Program-made: the position numbers and the translations under genes
Assembly: GCF_036321535.1 (NCBI RefSeq)
Contig: NC_087447.1
Span: forward strand, 34,970,001 to 35,034,000
DNA from: Camelus dromedarius
Lineage: Eukaryota
Reading direction: 5' to 3'
Length of the DNA stretch: 64,000 nt
The notes under the pieces: model-generated
Database searches by the model: none
The model's input: only the letters and a program-made list of their open reading frames with translations
Told to the model about the DNA's origin: nothing
Shown: positions 12,989-24,500 of the stretch, in pieces
Position numbering within the stretch: position 1 is the first letter of the stretch
Layout of the letters: every line of letters begins with the position of its first letter

Positions 12989-15900
12989 CGTGTGTCTCAC
13001 GTCGTCCTCTCTGCTACCCTCTCTGCTGGTCGGTATTATTTGCTGTCCTCATCTTATAGAAAAAAGGATCAAGGTCCAGGGAGGCTAGAGATTCTATGTA
13101 GGGTTACTTAGCTCATGTTTAGTAGAGTGAGGATTCGCTCCAGGGAGTTTCTTTCCAGAACCCATGCTCCTGGCCACTACCCTATTCCTCCTCCTTTGTC
13201 ACCAGGGAGCCATCATCAACTCCTGGCACCCTGTGGAGGGAGGCAAGAACTAAGTCCTGTCCCCAGGGAGGAGTCGAGCAATGTCGCTGTGCCTGTCCCC
13301 ATCTGTGTCCTTCTTCTGGGAAGTCTGGGAATTTATGTGCCCCTCTAGGCTCCCACGATGCTGTCTTGGTGTTGAAATAACTTTTTGCCTGTTTCCTCCA
13401 TGAGAGGCAACTATGTCTTTATTCCATCCTCTGTGACCAACATTCATTGATTCATTTCTTCATTCACTTACTGACTATTCATTGACCACCTCCATGTGCT
13501 GGGCACTCTGTGAGCACTGGAGAGTCAACGATGAACCAACCTGAGAAAATTTCCCACCCTCACGAGGCAGTATTGTGTACTAGTTAAGAGCAGGCATTCT
13601 GGACCCAGGCTTGGCTCCACCATTTACCATTGGGGTGATCGTGGGCAAGCTATGTAACCCCTCTGTGCCTTCCATTTACAAGGTGGCAGGTGTAACATTC
13701 AGTACCATGTAGAGTTGTTGGGGGATTAAATGAACGACCGGAGCTCAGAACAGTGCCTGGAATGTAGCAAGTGATACATAGGTGTTTGCTATTAAGGCAA
13801 AGATAGAAAATAATTAAGTGAAATACATAGTACAGCAGATGGTGATAAGTGCTTTTAAGAAAATTAAAGCCGAGAAGGGAGGAGTGGGAAAGGACGGCGG
13901 GGGCGGGGTGGAAGGCGGTTGGCACTGAAAATAGGGTGGTCTTGGAGCTTGGTAAAGAATAGACTTCCACCCTGTTTGTGCAACCACTGACGTAAGCTGC
14001 AACTTGGACATAAAAGGAAATGGAGGTGTCTTGGCCCCCAGAATTGAGGCATTGGACTATTAGAATGAGCCCATGGGCACTGCAAGCAATTGCATAATGG
14101 TGGTGTAAAAATACAGCCCTCGAGTAATCTCTCCCCCTCCCAGCTGTCTTCCCCGCTGGGCAAGACTAAGAGGCGAGGCAGAGCGAGGGCCAACCATGCC
14201 TGGGTGACTCACTCATTCCCACACGCACTGCCAGGCGGAGGCGACATGGCCAACACTCTGGGCCGTGGTCACCCAGGCCGCGGTTACCCGGACCTGAGCC
14301 AGCGCCAAGCAGGTCATCCAGTCCTCCCAGATTGAGATTTCCTGGACGAAAACATCCTCAGGTATCGCCCACAGCTGTCCCAGAGATAGGCGCGCCCACG
14401 TGCACCCCCAGAGGCATTCCACGCAGGCGCTCACACGCTTGTGTTTGTTCTCACTTGTCACAGCCTCCTGCTCATGTACACACGTGCACATACCCACATG
14501 CAGTCCCCAGGCACATGCCCTGTCTATGTCTCACCCAGCTATGGGTGGGGTGGGGGGCGGGCACACACCCACCCTCGAGCTCCCACACCTTCCAGCCATC
14601 TTCTTCCTGCATACCCGCACCTCTTAGCTCCATGGCCCCATGGCCCACCCCTTTCCATGAGATATGCTTCTTAGAGCTAGGCACACCTGTTTGTTCTCTG
14701 TTCCCTCTGTAGGTCTCATTCCTTCCTGCAACCATGCCCCTTCTCACTCAGGCAGACAAGCAGGCACACTCCTTCCCTCCCGTTCCTGGCCCTCCTTGCA
14801 CACAATTCCCAGGTCCACACACGTGCGCACACAGGTTTTTCCTCTCCCATGTGCACTTGCTCTGTTTCACGTGCTCATCCTCTTTTGCATTTCCCCTCGC
14901 TTGTTCACTTCCTTGCTCATGTGTTTGCTCACAGTCACCCAAACACACTTACACATCCACACTCACACTCTGCCCCCTTCTGTGTGTAGGTGTTCACATT
15001 TGTGTAGGGCACCCTTGCTGACACTGGGGCCTCTGCTCCCTCCTGAATAGCACCATGCAAGCCTAGCCTGGAACCAGTGGCTTCCTCAGGGGCACAGAGC
15101 AGAGGAAGGAGGTGGATGAGGCAACAGTAGGTGCTGGTCATGGCACAGTGTCACCACGAGTTGCTCCCTGTGTCTCCAGCAGGCAGGTTCATGGGCTGGC
15201 CTGCTCCTAACATTTATAGGGACCAAGATCAGACTGCAAATGGGGCCCCTAGTGGTGTGCCACCCCCTGCTCGGTCCTGCACTTCCAGGGCCCTTGTGTG
15301 CATGCATGGGGCATGTTCATCTGCACATGTAAGCGTGGTCCACATGCCACCCCCATAGCTGACCCTTGGGCATCTCTCAGACCTAAAGATACCCAAGTGG
15401 AAGGTTATGTCCACACTCAGAAGGGGGTACCTGCATTTATGCAGGCTTCAGATCATTTGGGCAGAGAGTTCTGGAGTCCCAGTAGCCAGAGCATGGCCTA
15501 GAAAGGAGGGCCTGGGCACAACGCCTGAGCCCTGTGGACCTCTCACCCCATGGGGAGTGGCATGGCCAGAGGAGAGGGAGCATAGGGCCCGGGTCTAAAG
15601 GCAGCACTGTTCTCGGGAACAAGGTGCCCCCACAGCCCTCCTACAGCCAGCAGTTGGTTGGAGCGATGGCAGTCACTGCCACCCTGAGAGTTAAGTGTGT
15701 CATGATTAGCTGGGCCCGGGCAAGGTTGTGAGTAGACGCCGAGGGCCTAAGTAGGCCAATGCCCATTTGGTAGGAACAGCTGACTTCCTCACACCTTAAG
15801 TCCTAGGACCTTGAAGGCTACCCCCAGCCCAGCCCTGGGCTCTGTTTCATCAAGGGTATTAGATGGACCCTCCTCTGAGGAGGACATAGCAGGAGACCAC

Positions 15901-16683
15901 TGCCCATCCTGGGTGACCTTTTATAAAGCAAAGGGGAGGCACGTATTGAGGAAATCTCCGTTATCCTAATCATGCAGTGACTACCCCTGGCCATCAGGAA
16001 GGTCAGGCCGTAGCTTTCCCAGCCATCCCATCATGACGTGGATAGGGTCTTGGCCAGAAGCCAACAAGGGCCAACTGAAAAGGCAGCCTGACCTGTTATC
16101 GATTTGACAAACTTTTATTTAGCATCCACTTTGTGCCTAGTGCTGGCCAGGCACTGGTGATACAGTGAAGGGTAAGGCAGGCCTTGTCCCTGCACAGGGT
16201 GCCATGGAAGGGTGCAAAAATAATGTCACCTTCTCCTGGAAGAAATGGCCTTTAAACTCTAACCTGAAGGGTGAATGGGGTTTTGGTTCATGTCTTGAGG
16301 AACCGGCTATCAAAGCATTTTAAGGAACAGTTTAACCTCGGATTGGGCCTTGCCCCCCTAACCTGACAACTGTTGTTCTCACAGAGCCCCCTAATCTGGT
16401 GCCTGGTACTGGTTTAGACAGGCCTGGGAGCAGGTGCAGGAGCCCAGATGGACGAATGTAGAGACGACAGACCTGGATAAAGTATTTTTACTGAGATGGC
16501 ACTTGTATCGTACCATCAGTGCTCAGCAGCTTAGGTGCTATTGACTTTTCTTTGTTTAATTGATAGCTCTGTTTTCATTCAAGAATTTTAATGCATTTAG
16601 AGGTTTATTGTTTATTGTGGCTGATGGCACAATGAATTATCTTTGAGTTGTCACAGTCCGCTTTTTTTCCAGTTAGCAGCATG

Positions 16684-16777
16684 TTTTTCTTTGTTGTTAA
16701 TGGAGGTTACAGGGATTGAACCCAGGACCTCAAGCATACTAAGCATGCACTCTACCACTGAGCTATACCTTCCCCCC
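16684..16777 (-). mobile_element. tRNA-derived SINE (camelid Vic-1-like)
   Basis: On the - strand: A-box TAGCTCAGTGGTAGAG, B-box GGTTCAATCCC and an A-rich tail. Confidence 0.8.
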
Positions 16778-18136
16778 TAATTTGAGTTTTCAGAACAGAA
16801 ATTAAAGAAAAACAAAGCACCATTTGGATGTGCTAAGAATTTGAATTTAGAGGGCAGTATGTAATGATATCATTGTATTGAGGAGAGAAGTACCAACCCG
16901 GGTACTCGCCGGTCAGCGACGGTAGAGGTTAACTATTCTCAGACACCAGGACGGATATGGAGGCAGGAGCCCATGTAGCTGGGTCTTGGGGTTCTAGGGG
17001 AAGACAGACCTGGGTTCCAGTCTCAGCTCTGCAGCTGACCAGCAGCATGACCTCAGGTAAATAGTCTGAGTGCTTTGAGCTCCAAATTCTTCACTCTAAA
17101 GTGAGGGTGGTAATATGATAAGATCTTCTCAGAGATTTTGTGAGAATTAAATGAGCTGATGCATATAAAATGTTGATTACACAGTGCTCGAAAAATGATA
17201 GCTAATAATGATGGTGACGGTTGTTCCACGATGTAGATGTGAGCAATAACAACAACAAAAAACCTTTGCATGTTCCCAGGGCCCAGGCATCAAGTCCCAG
17301 GCCAGTCCTTTAGAAATGGAGTGGATAGTACAGTTTTGCGAGTCTTTCACGACTCCCTACCGCAGGCCTGGGACCTCACAGAACCAGCAGACACATGTCG
17401 GAGTGTTGTCTACTTGCTGAGTCAGGTGGGAAGAGGGACCAGACTTGCTGCAGAAGCCAATCACCCGTTTTCCTTCACCAGCACAGAAACAGTTCTGATA
17501 CTCTTGGGTTACCTGGATGTACGGTGAGTCTAGAAAGAGAGTCTTTGCAACAGGAAGAAAGAGGCCATCTGGTTCAGGCCCCTGCCTCCACACAGGCAGA
17601 TGCTAAAGCCCTTTCAGATAAATGGACATGCTTTGTATAACTAAGATACGCGTAATGGATGCTGTCAGCTTTCCCCTTGGCCTGGCCCGGGGGCTAATCA
17701 CCCCAGCTCTCAGGGACTTCTTTATACCTTAAAAAACAAAAACAAAAACAAAAGAAGCCTCTTCCTTCCTTTTAAGTTCATTTCTTCTTTTCAGGTCCCA
17801 GCATCGGCTTTGGTTATCTATTGCTGGCTAACTCTCCAAACTTAGTGACTTAAAACAACAACCATTTTATTTGTCTATGATTCGAAGGCTCGTGCAGGGC
17901 TTAGCTGGGTGGTTCTTCTGTTCCCTGTGGCATCAACTGAGGTCATTCACTCAGCTGCACTTACCTGGTTCTGGGCTAGAATAGAAGGTTCAAGAAAGCT
18001 TTTCTTACACATCTGGCACCTCGGTGTGAATACCAGGAGGCGGGGATCATTCAGGCACCTTGGAGGCTGTCTACCATACTGCTTAAGGGTTGAGTCCTTG
18101 AAATCCAAAGAGGCACATTCTCAGGATATTCCTATA

Positions 18137-18270
18137 CAGTCATCCCTCGGCATTCACGGGGGGTTTGTTCCAGGACCTGCTGCAGATACTAAAATCCACC
18201 GACGCTCAAGTCCCTTATATAAAATGGCATAGTACAGTTGTGGAACCCTCAGATACAGAAGGTGCATTAT
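18137..18270. mobile_element. MER2/Tigger-type MITE, internally deleted
   Basis: TA|CAGTCATCCCTCGG... terminus and CTCAAGTCCCTTATATAAAATGGC core. Confidence 0.65.
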
Positions 18271-18959
18271 ATACAGAATGGTCTATGGGGGAAAAGAATC
18301 CACACACAAGGAGAGAAAAAATACCAGAAAATGTATCTAGAAGAAACCAGTGCCTTTCTCAGTGTGGTAGGATTATGGATGTCTTGGGTCTCCTTTAGGC
18401 TTTGACAGGTTTTTTTCCACTCATATTTTCCAAAATCATTTTTATAAGATTGGCCACCCTGAAATATTCATTCATCCTTGCCAGGCAGGAGTGGTAGCTG
18501 GGAGGAGTGGGGGCCCTCCAGGGTGAGTCACCTCCCTCCAAGTTGGGTTGCTCAGTCTGGCAGGCCCAGAACCTGGAGCTGACCCGGCCCCAGGGATCTT
18601 CGTGGGGGCTGGTTGATCCTGCAGGGGCATCTGTGAAGACAGTCACCAAGGCATGGAATCCCCCTCCCCCATAGAAAGCCAATGAAATGACTCATGTCAT
18701 GTCGTGTTGGTGAACAGGCTTAGAGAAGGGGAGCCTCAGGGGTCTTTGTTCTCGCTAAGTCCGTGAGCCTTTCCTCCTGCAGGGGTATTGACTCCGGCAG
18801 CCAGAGCGCCTGCCCTAGGGCACAAGGAGCAACTCCTCTCTCTACAACTCTCCTGTTCCAGGTTGCAGACAGAATGAAGGGTCCTCTGCTTTCATTTATT
18901 CTCTCCCCCTTGGACCTTGGCCCAACTTGCAACTTAGCAGTTTGGTTTTGTTTTTATTT

Positions 18960-19060
18960 CTTTAATTTTTTTTTATTTTTTAGTGGAGGTATTGGGGATT
19001 GAACCCATGACCTCGTGAAGGCTGAGCATGCACTCTACCACTGAGCTATTTCCCTTCCCG
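18960..19060 (-). mobile_element. tRNA-derived SINE (Vic-1-like) with 16-bp TSD
   Basis: A and B boxes on the - strand. GGTTTTGTTT(T/C)TATTT at 18944-18959 and 19061-19076. Confidence 0.85.
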
Positions 19061-21185
19061 GGTTTTGTTTCTATTTGGAGGAGGAGGGGGAAATGATTGT
19101 AGGTTTTAAAGTGTTGTCAGTCATGCTCTGTGCATGGCCCTGTTATCTTGAGGGGTCCCCACAAAGTCCCTCTCTGGTTTCATTCATTTACTTATTCTCC
19201 TCTTTTGCCTCCCACTGCCATGTCCCTTCTCCCCATAGTTAATGTGTTCTAATGTGTTTCATGTGCATTTTGTTTGCTTGTTTCTGTGTGCTCTTACAGA
19301 ATAGGTGGCAATATTTTGTGTGCAAATACATTTTTTAAGTGTGTGTTTATTATGTTAGATCTCATTCTTTTCACTCAGTGCTCTGTTTCTAAAAATCCTT
19401 CCATGGTGCCACATGTACTCTGATCCTTTGCTCCTAAGGGCTGCCTAGTGTTCCTCATTGTGTCCTGCAAATGGCCTACCAGCTCCCCCAGGTGATGGGT
19501 ATGCAGGTGCCCAGCTCCCCCCACCTCCACCACAGACAACACTGGAGGAAATTTGGGTTTACATGCTTCCTAGGACTATGTGAGAATTTCTTTGAGCAGA
19601 ATCAATCATTTCCAGACTTTTCTACTTGCCAGACTGGTTCCAACAGCGAATCTGGGAGAAACTGGAGCACAGAGAGCCAGGAGGAAATGGTGTGGGTGGA
19701 GGCTGGGGAGATATGCAGGGGCCAGAGTGTACTGGGCCCTTATTGATGGCCATGGCAAGGATTTTTATCTTTATCCTAAAAACAAGTGGAAGCCATTGAA
19801 TGAATCTAAAGCAGGGGCTCAGATTTTTTTTTTTTTTAAGCCAACAGTGAGTCTTTAGCCCTGGAGGAGCCCTTAAAGACCCCTGGGCACATTCTCTGAA
19901 TTTACAGAAGGCCTCTGAGGCTCGCAGAGGCAGTGAGATGCCTGGGGTCACACAGCCCACTCATCACAGGGGCCTCTTGATGCTTTGCCAGAGTTGTAAA
20001 TCTCCCCAGGTGCTGAGGGCGGCAGCCTCTGGAGGATTGGGATTGTCAGCACATCTGTCCCCAGAGGGGCTCGGGTTGTTCTTGCTCACCTCCTATCACC
20101 TGGGCTTTCCTAGACCAGGACCCACCGGGGAACCCCAAGCCAGAAGCCAGCCTTCTGCTGCCAGGGGGCCTGAGACCCTCCGATGCCCACAGGCAGCCCC
20201 TGTGAAATGTCCCATGCTGGCTTAATGAGTGAGAACCAGAGGGTTAAAGACATGCGTGCCAATCCTGGTTCTGCAGCTGACTCTCTGTTTCCTCATCTGT
20301 GAAATGGGAGGTGGAACAAGAGGTTCTCCCAAGTCTGTCCCTCCCTCCTCACAAGTTTGTGCTCAAGTCTCAGGCCCTTGGGACCTCTGGTACCCTCCGC
20401 CCAGGGCCTCTCTGTCAGTTCTTTTAGTTCTCAGCGTGGGCTGGAGGGAGGAGGCACTGCACCCTCAGAGTTTCATTGACCCTTTTCACCCTTGTACTTC
20501 TGGGCCTCCGCTCCAGGGAGGCAGAAAGAACTGAGCCATTGTTTGCAGCAACAAAGCTGTTTGTAATTTCAGATAGAACCATTTTATTATATCCCATCTG
20601 AAGAGCACTTGAGTTGCCTTTTGTTTTGAAGGCTTGTTAGCATTTCAGATTTAATTAACTGATAGAGACTAAGGTGCCCCACTTCCGCCACCCCCAGCCC
20701 AAGCCCACTCCATCCACCGACCCCAGGTGCCAACCGGCAGCCTCAGAGCCGCTGCCCACCTTGGGGCAGGGAGCCCACTGTCTACCCCCGCCCCCCTGCT
20801 AGGGGCTCACCAGGCAGATGGAAGCAGGGTACTGCTGCCTGGCCCTCATGCTCCCCTCCCCTCCTCCCCCTCCTCTCTAAATTCTGCTGTTTACTGAGCG
20901 TTCACCGCATGCCAGGCGCCAGGCTAAGAACTGTGCATTTTTTACCCTATGATATCCTCAGACAGCAAGTGGATCTGTTGTCCAGAGGAGAGATGAGTCA
21001 CTTCCCCAAGGTCACACAGGTAGTAAATGGCAAAGTCAGGCTTTAAACCTAAGTCTGTATGACTCTAAAGCTTTTGTTAGGAGCCCCTACAGGGAGCTTT
21101 CTCCTCAGAAACAAGCCACTTGTGGGGACAAGAGGAGCTGCAGTGCGGACTGGACAGGGCCAGGTCCTAGCGATGGTTCTTGTTA

Positions 21186-21599
21186 CAGGCGTACCTCCTT
21201 GTAGCACTTAGCTTTACTGTACCTGGTAGGTATTGCGTTTTTTACAAATTGAAGGTTTGTGGCAACCCCCCATCAAGCAAGTCTATTGGCGCCATTTATC
21301 CAAAAGCATTATTTTTTTGTGCCTTAAGGGAGGCACTAGGGATTGAACCCAGGAACTCATGCACACCAGGCATGTACTCTACCCTTGAGCTATACCCCCC
21401 ACAAGCATTATTTTTAAATTAAGGTACGTACATTGTTTATTATGACATAATGCTACTGCACACTTAATAGACTGCAGTGAGTATAAACCTAGCTTTTGTA
21501 TGCACTGGGAAACCAAAAACTCATGACTCACTTCATTGCAATGTTCGTTTTATTGCGGTGGTCTGGAACCAAACCCTCAATATCTCCAAGGTACACCTG
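21186..21599 (+). mobile_element. Internally deleted Tigger1-type DNA transposon
   Basis: Terminal inverted repeats CAGGCGTACCT...AGGTACACCTG, a 5' TA site, and Tigger1 motifs TTTTTTACAAATTGAAGGTTTGTGGCAACC and GGTCTGGAACCAAACC. Confidence 0.8.
21317..21402 (-). mobile_element. tRNA-derived SINE (Vic-1-like) nested in the Tigger element
   Basis: GGGATTGAACCCAGG...TGAGCTATACCCCCC; perfect 13-bp TSD AAGCATTATTTTT at 21304-21316 and 21403-21415. Confidence 0.85.
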
Positions 21600-24500
21600 T
21601 TCTTGGAAATCTGCCTGCCAAGAACATCCACACGGGTCCCGTTCTTGCCTCTTGACGTGCCCCATTCCCTAGCACAGCCCACTTAGGGGTCTGCAGACAG
21701 CATTCAGCCTTCCTGCCCCACTGTCTCTTAGCGTCTCCCTCTTCAGACTAAACATCAGACACCCATGGTTCCCTGACCTCTTCCTATCGTCTTGGTCCCA
21801 ATCCTGCTTTTCTCTGCCCCTCTCTGCTTGGGACCTCCCCCCACCCCCACCCCATGTCAGAGTATGAGAGACTGTGCCAAGGGGAGAAGGCCCGTCTCCC
21901 CTCTATTCTGGGATGGCCCCTGTCCCCTCTGTCCTGGAATGGGCTGAAGCTCTTCTCAGGCCGCCTTCCCCCGACGGGGAGGAGGAAGAAGCAGCCAAGG
22001 CCCAGCTTGGGGTGGCAGCGTGAAGTCCAGTTAATAGAGCAGATGCCGGACCCAGACTAACTGTGTCTGAGTCCTGGCTCTTCTGTCCATGAGCCACGGT
22101 GGCCTTGGGCTGGTCACTTAGCCTCTGGGGCCTCTGTTTTCCTATCCATAAGCAGAGGACAGTCCTTTTCTGTATCTCGTACAGCTCTTGTGGGGACCGA
22201 ATGAGTCAGCGTTTATGAAGCAGTCACGGGCTGCCTGAACCGTGCCTTTTGCTGGACTTGCTAAGAGAAAGGACCCAACACAGCTCTGTGGCTGGGAGGG
22301 GGCCATACTTGCGTAGCCCAGACCTCAGACCCACAGGATTCCCCTTTGTGTTGGCCCAAGAACCAGGGCCTCTGGACTGAAGCAAATTGCTGAGGAGAGT
22401 TCTGGAGAGTTCTTCATCAGACAGAAGAGAGAATAGTGCAGCTGCCCACCCCCTTCTTCGGGGTCCAGCTTCTCACCTTGCTTGAGGTGAGTTCCCAGAA
22501 CATCCACTTTAAACACAACACACAAATTAAAAGTCCCAAACAAATGATTTTGTGGCCAACCTCCTGGGCCTGAGGTGCAGGTCCCCTCCTGCTTCACTGG
22601 CCTGTCTGCAGAAGGGCAGGGTGATTGCTTCAATTCAGCATCCAGATTTCCTGAGCACTGGCTGTGTCTAATCTCTCTCACCCTCCCGTCTTTCACGTAG
22701 CCACCCAGTTCCTGGGAGGGGACACAGACTCCACCTACTGATGGGAGGCATGGGGAAGAATCTGTGAATACATTTGAAGACCACCACAGGGATTAAGTTA
22801 CAGAGGAGTAAACAGCTAGCCCCAAGTTCATAAATGGTGAGCACCAAAGTTCCAGGATCCTCCCAGGCCCAAATCAGTTTCCTTTTCCCAGGCCAGCCTG
22901 CCTGCCCAGGGAGTGCAGACGTGAAGAGATCCGGCCCTCAGCCAGCTTACCCTCCGGGAGGGATCAAGCACTCACTCACTGCCAGCCCAGGTCCCTGTCT
23001 GCCTGCTGCCTCCTTCTCTGTGGGTGCTGGCCTGATTGCTCACTGATCTGCAGGACTGCTGAGGTGGAGGGGCAGTGAGGAGCCAGTGCAGGTCCCCAGA
23101 ACCCCACACCCACCATCAGTTTGCCTTTGGCCAGAGGGACAAGATTTTTTCACCAGGGCTGTTTCACCCCTACAGTCCTGCTGGTCAGCATTAGGATTGA
23201 GACATGAAACACCTGAGGGCACAGAGCAGGTGCTTGGTAAATGTTGGCCAAGTGAAAATATTATTTTGGGGGAATCTTCTTTCCCCATCACATCCCCTTT
23301 GACTCTGAGTTTACCTTCTACACAACCCCTAAAAGGTAGCAAAAGGACACCTCCTGTCTGCCCCCATGAGGACAGCTACCACAGCAGTGCCCATGCCCAG
23401 TGAGGCCAGCCACTCCCTCCCAGAGCCCAGGGCAGCGCTGAGACGTGTGACGATTGTGGTGACAGCAATGGCCGATTGGGCCTCTTCCTTCCAGACTCTT
23501 CACCCCTTGGCCCTTCTCGGTTTCCTTGGCAACACCTCCCTTGGTTCTGCATTCAGGGCCTACCCAAGCAAAAGTTCAAAATAGGCCTGGTAGGTGGCCC
23601 TCCCCATCCTCTTGTGGGTTTCCAGAACTTTCTATGGAATCCCAGGAAGATCATGTATTGTGGAGGCCTGGGTTCAAATCTCGGTTCTGCCATTCCTGAC
23701 TCTATGACCCTGGGCAAGTCACTGAACCTCTCTGTGCCTCTTTGGCTTCCCAGGGGAGGTGTGGACAGTCATGTCAGCCCAGAGCCTGGCTGTGGGTGTA
23801 GAATAGCTCATGATGTGCCTGGCTCAGGGCTGGGGGAGAGGGAGCATAACAGGGCGAGTCTTCCCCGTTGGTTGACCCCTCCGCAGGTGGGCACTGTTAC
23901 AGAACTGCCCAGGCGCCCCTCCATCCCTCCCACTCCCCTCCATCCCCACAGTGAGGCAGGAGCAATGATCCTGTAAACAAGTGTCCTTATGTAATAGGGG
24001 GACTTCTAATGGTGCGGTGGAGCCCCACTCCATCTCCCACAGAGATGTGGCCAGGCTTGTGGGCACACGACGGGATGGGAGTGTTGGAGATTCTTAAAGA
24101 CGACGTGGCGTGGAGAGCAGATCACGTGAGTCAGTCTCATCTGGTGTGTTGGTTAATGGTTTTGGGGCTCTTGCTGCAGACTGCCTGGGTTCTAGTCTTA
24201 GCTTCTACCCATTTATTAGCTGACTTTGGCCAAGTGACTGAACATCCGTGTGCCTCAGTTTCTTCATCTATAAAGTAGGAGTAAGAGCAGCACCTTCTGA
24301 GGAATGTGATGAGGATTCAGTGGGTTAATGTACATGAAGTGCTTCGAGCAGCCCCTGCACCAGGTGCTCTCAGTAAGTGTTTGCTGGTTGTGGTCCTGGC
24401 TCTGCGTGTGGCTGGTGGTTGACCTATGGCAAGACACTTTCTCTCCCTGGGCCTCAGCTTCCCCATCTGACAAACTAGACTGGGTGCCCCTCAGGGCCTG

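Noticed and set aside
14380..15450. CA/TG-rich stretch with many overlapping ORFs and CACGTG/TGCACA words
   Set aside because: Degenerate low-complexity sequence that is poor in stop codons, with no periodic unit or coding signal.
16684..16777. tRNA gene
   Set aside because: A and B boxes are present, but it has an A-rich tail, no proper acceptor stem and several diverged copies in the window, so it is a SINE.
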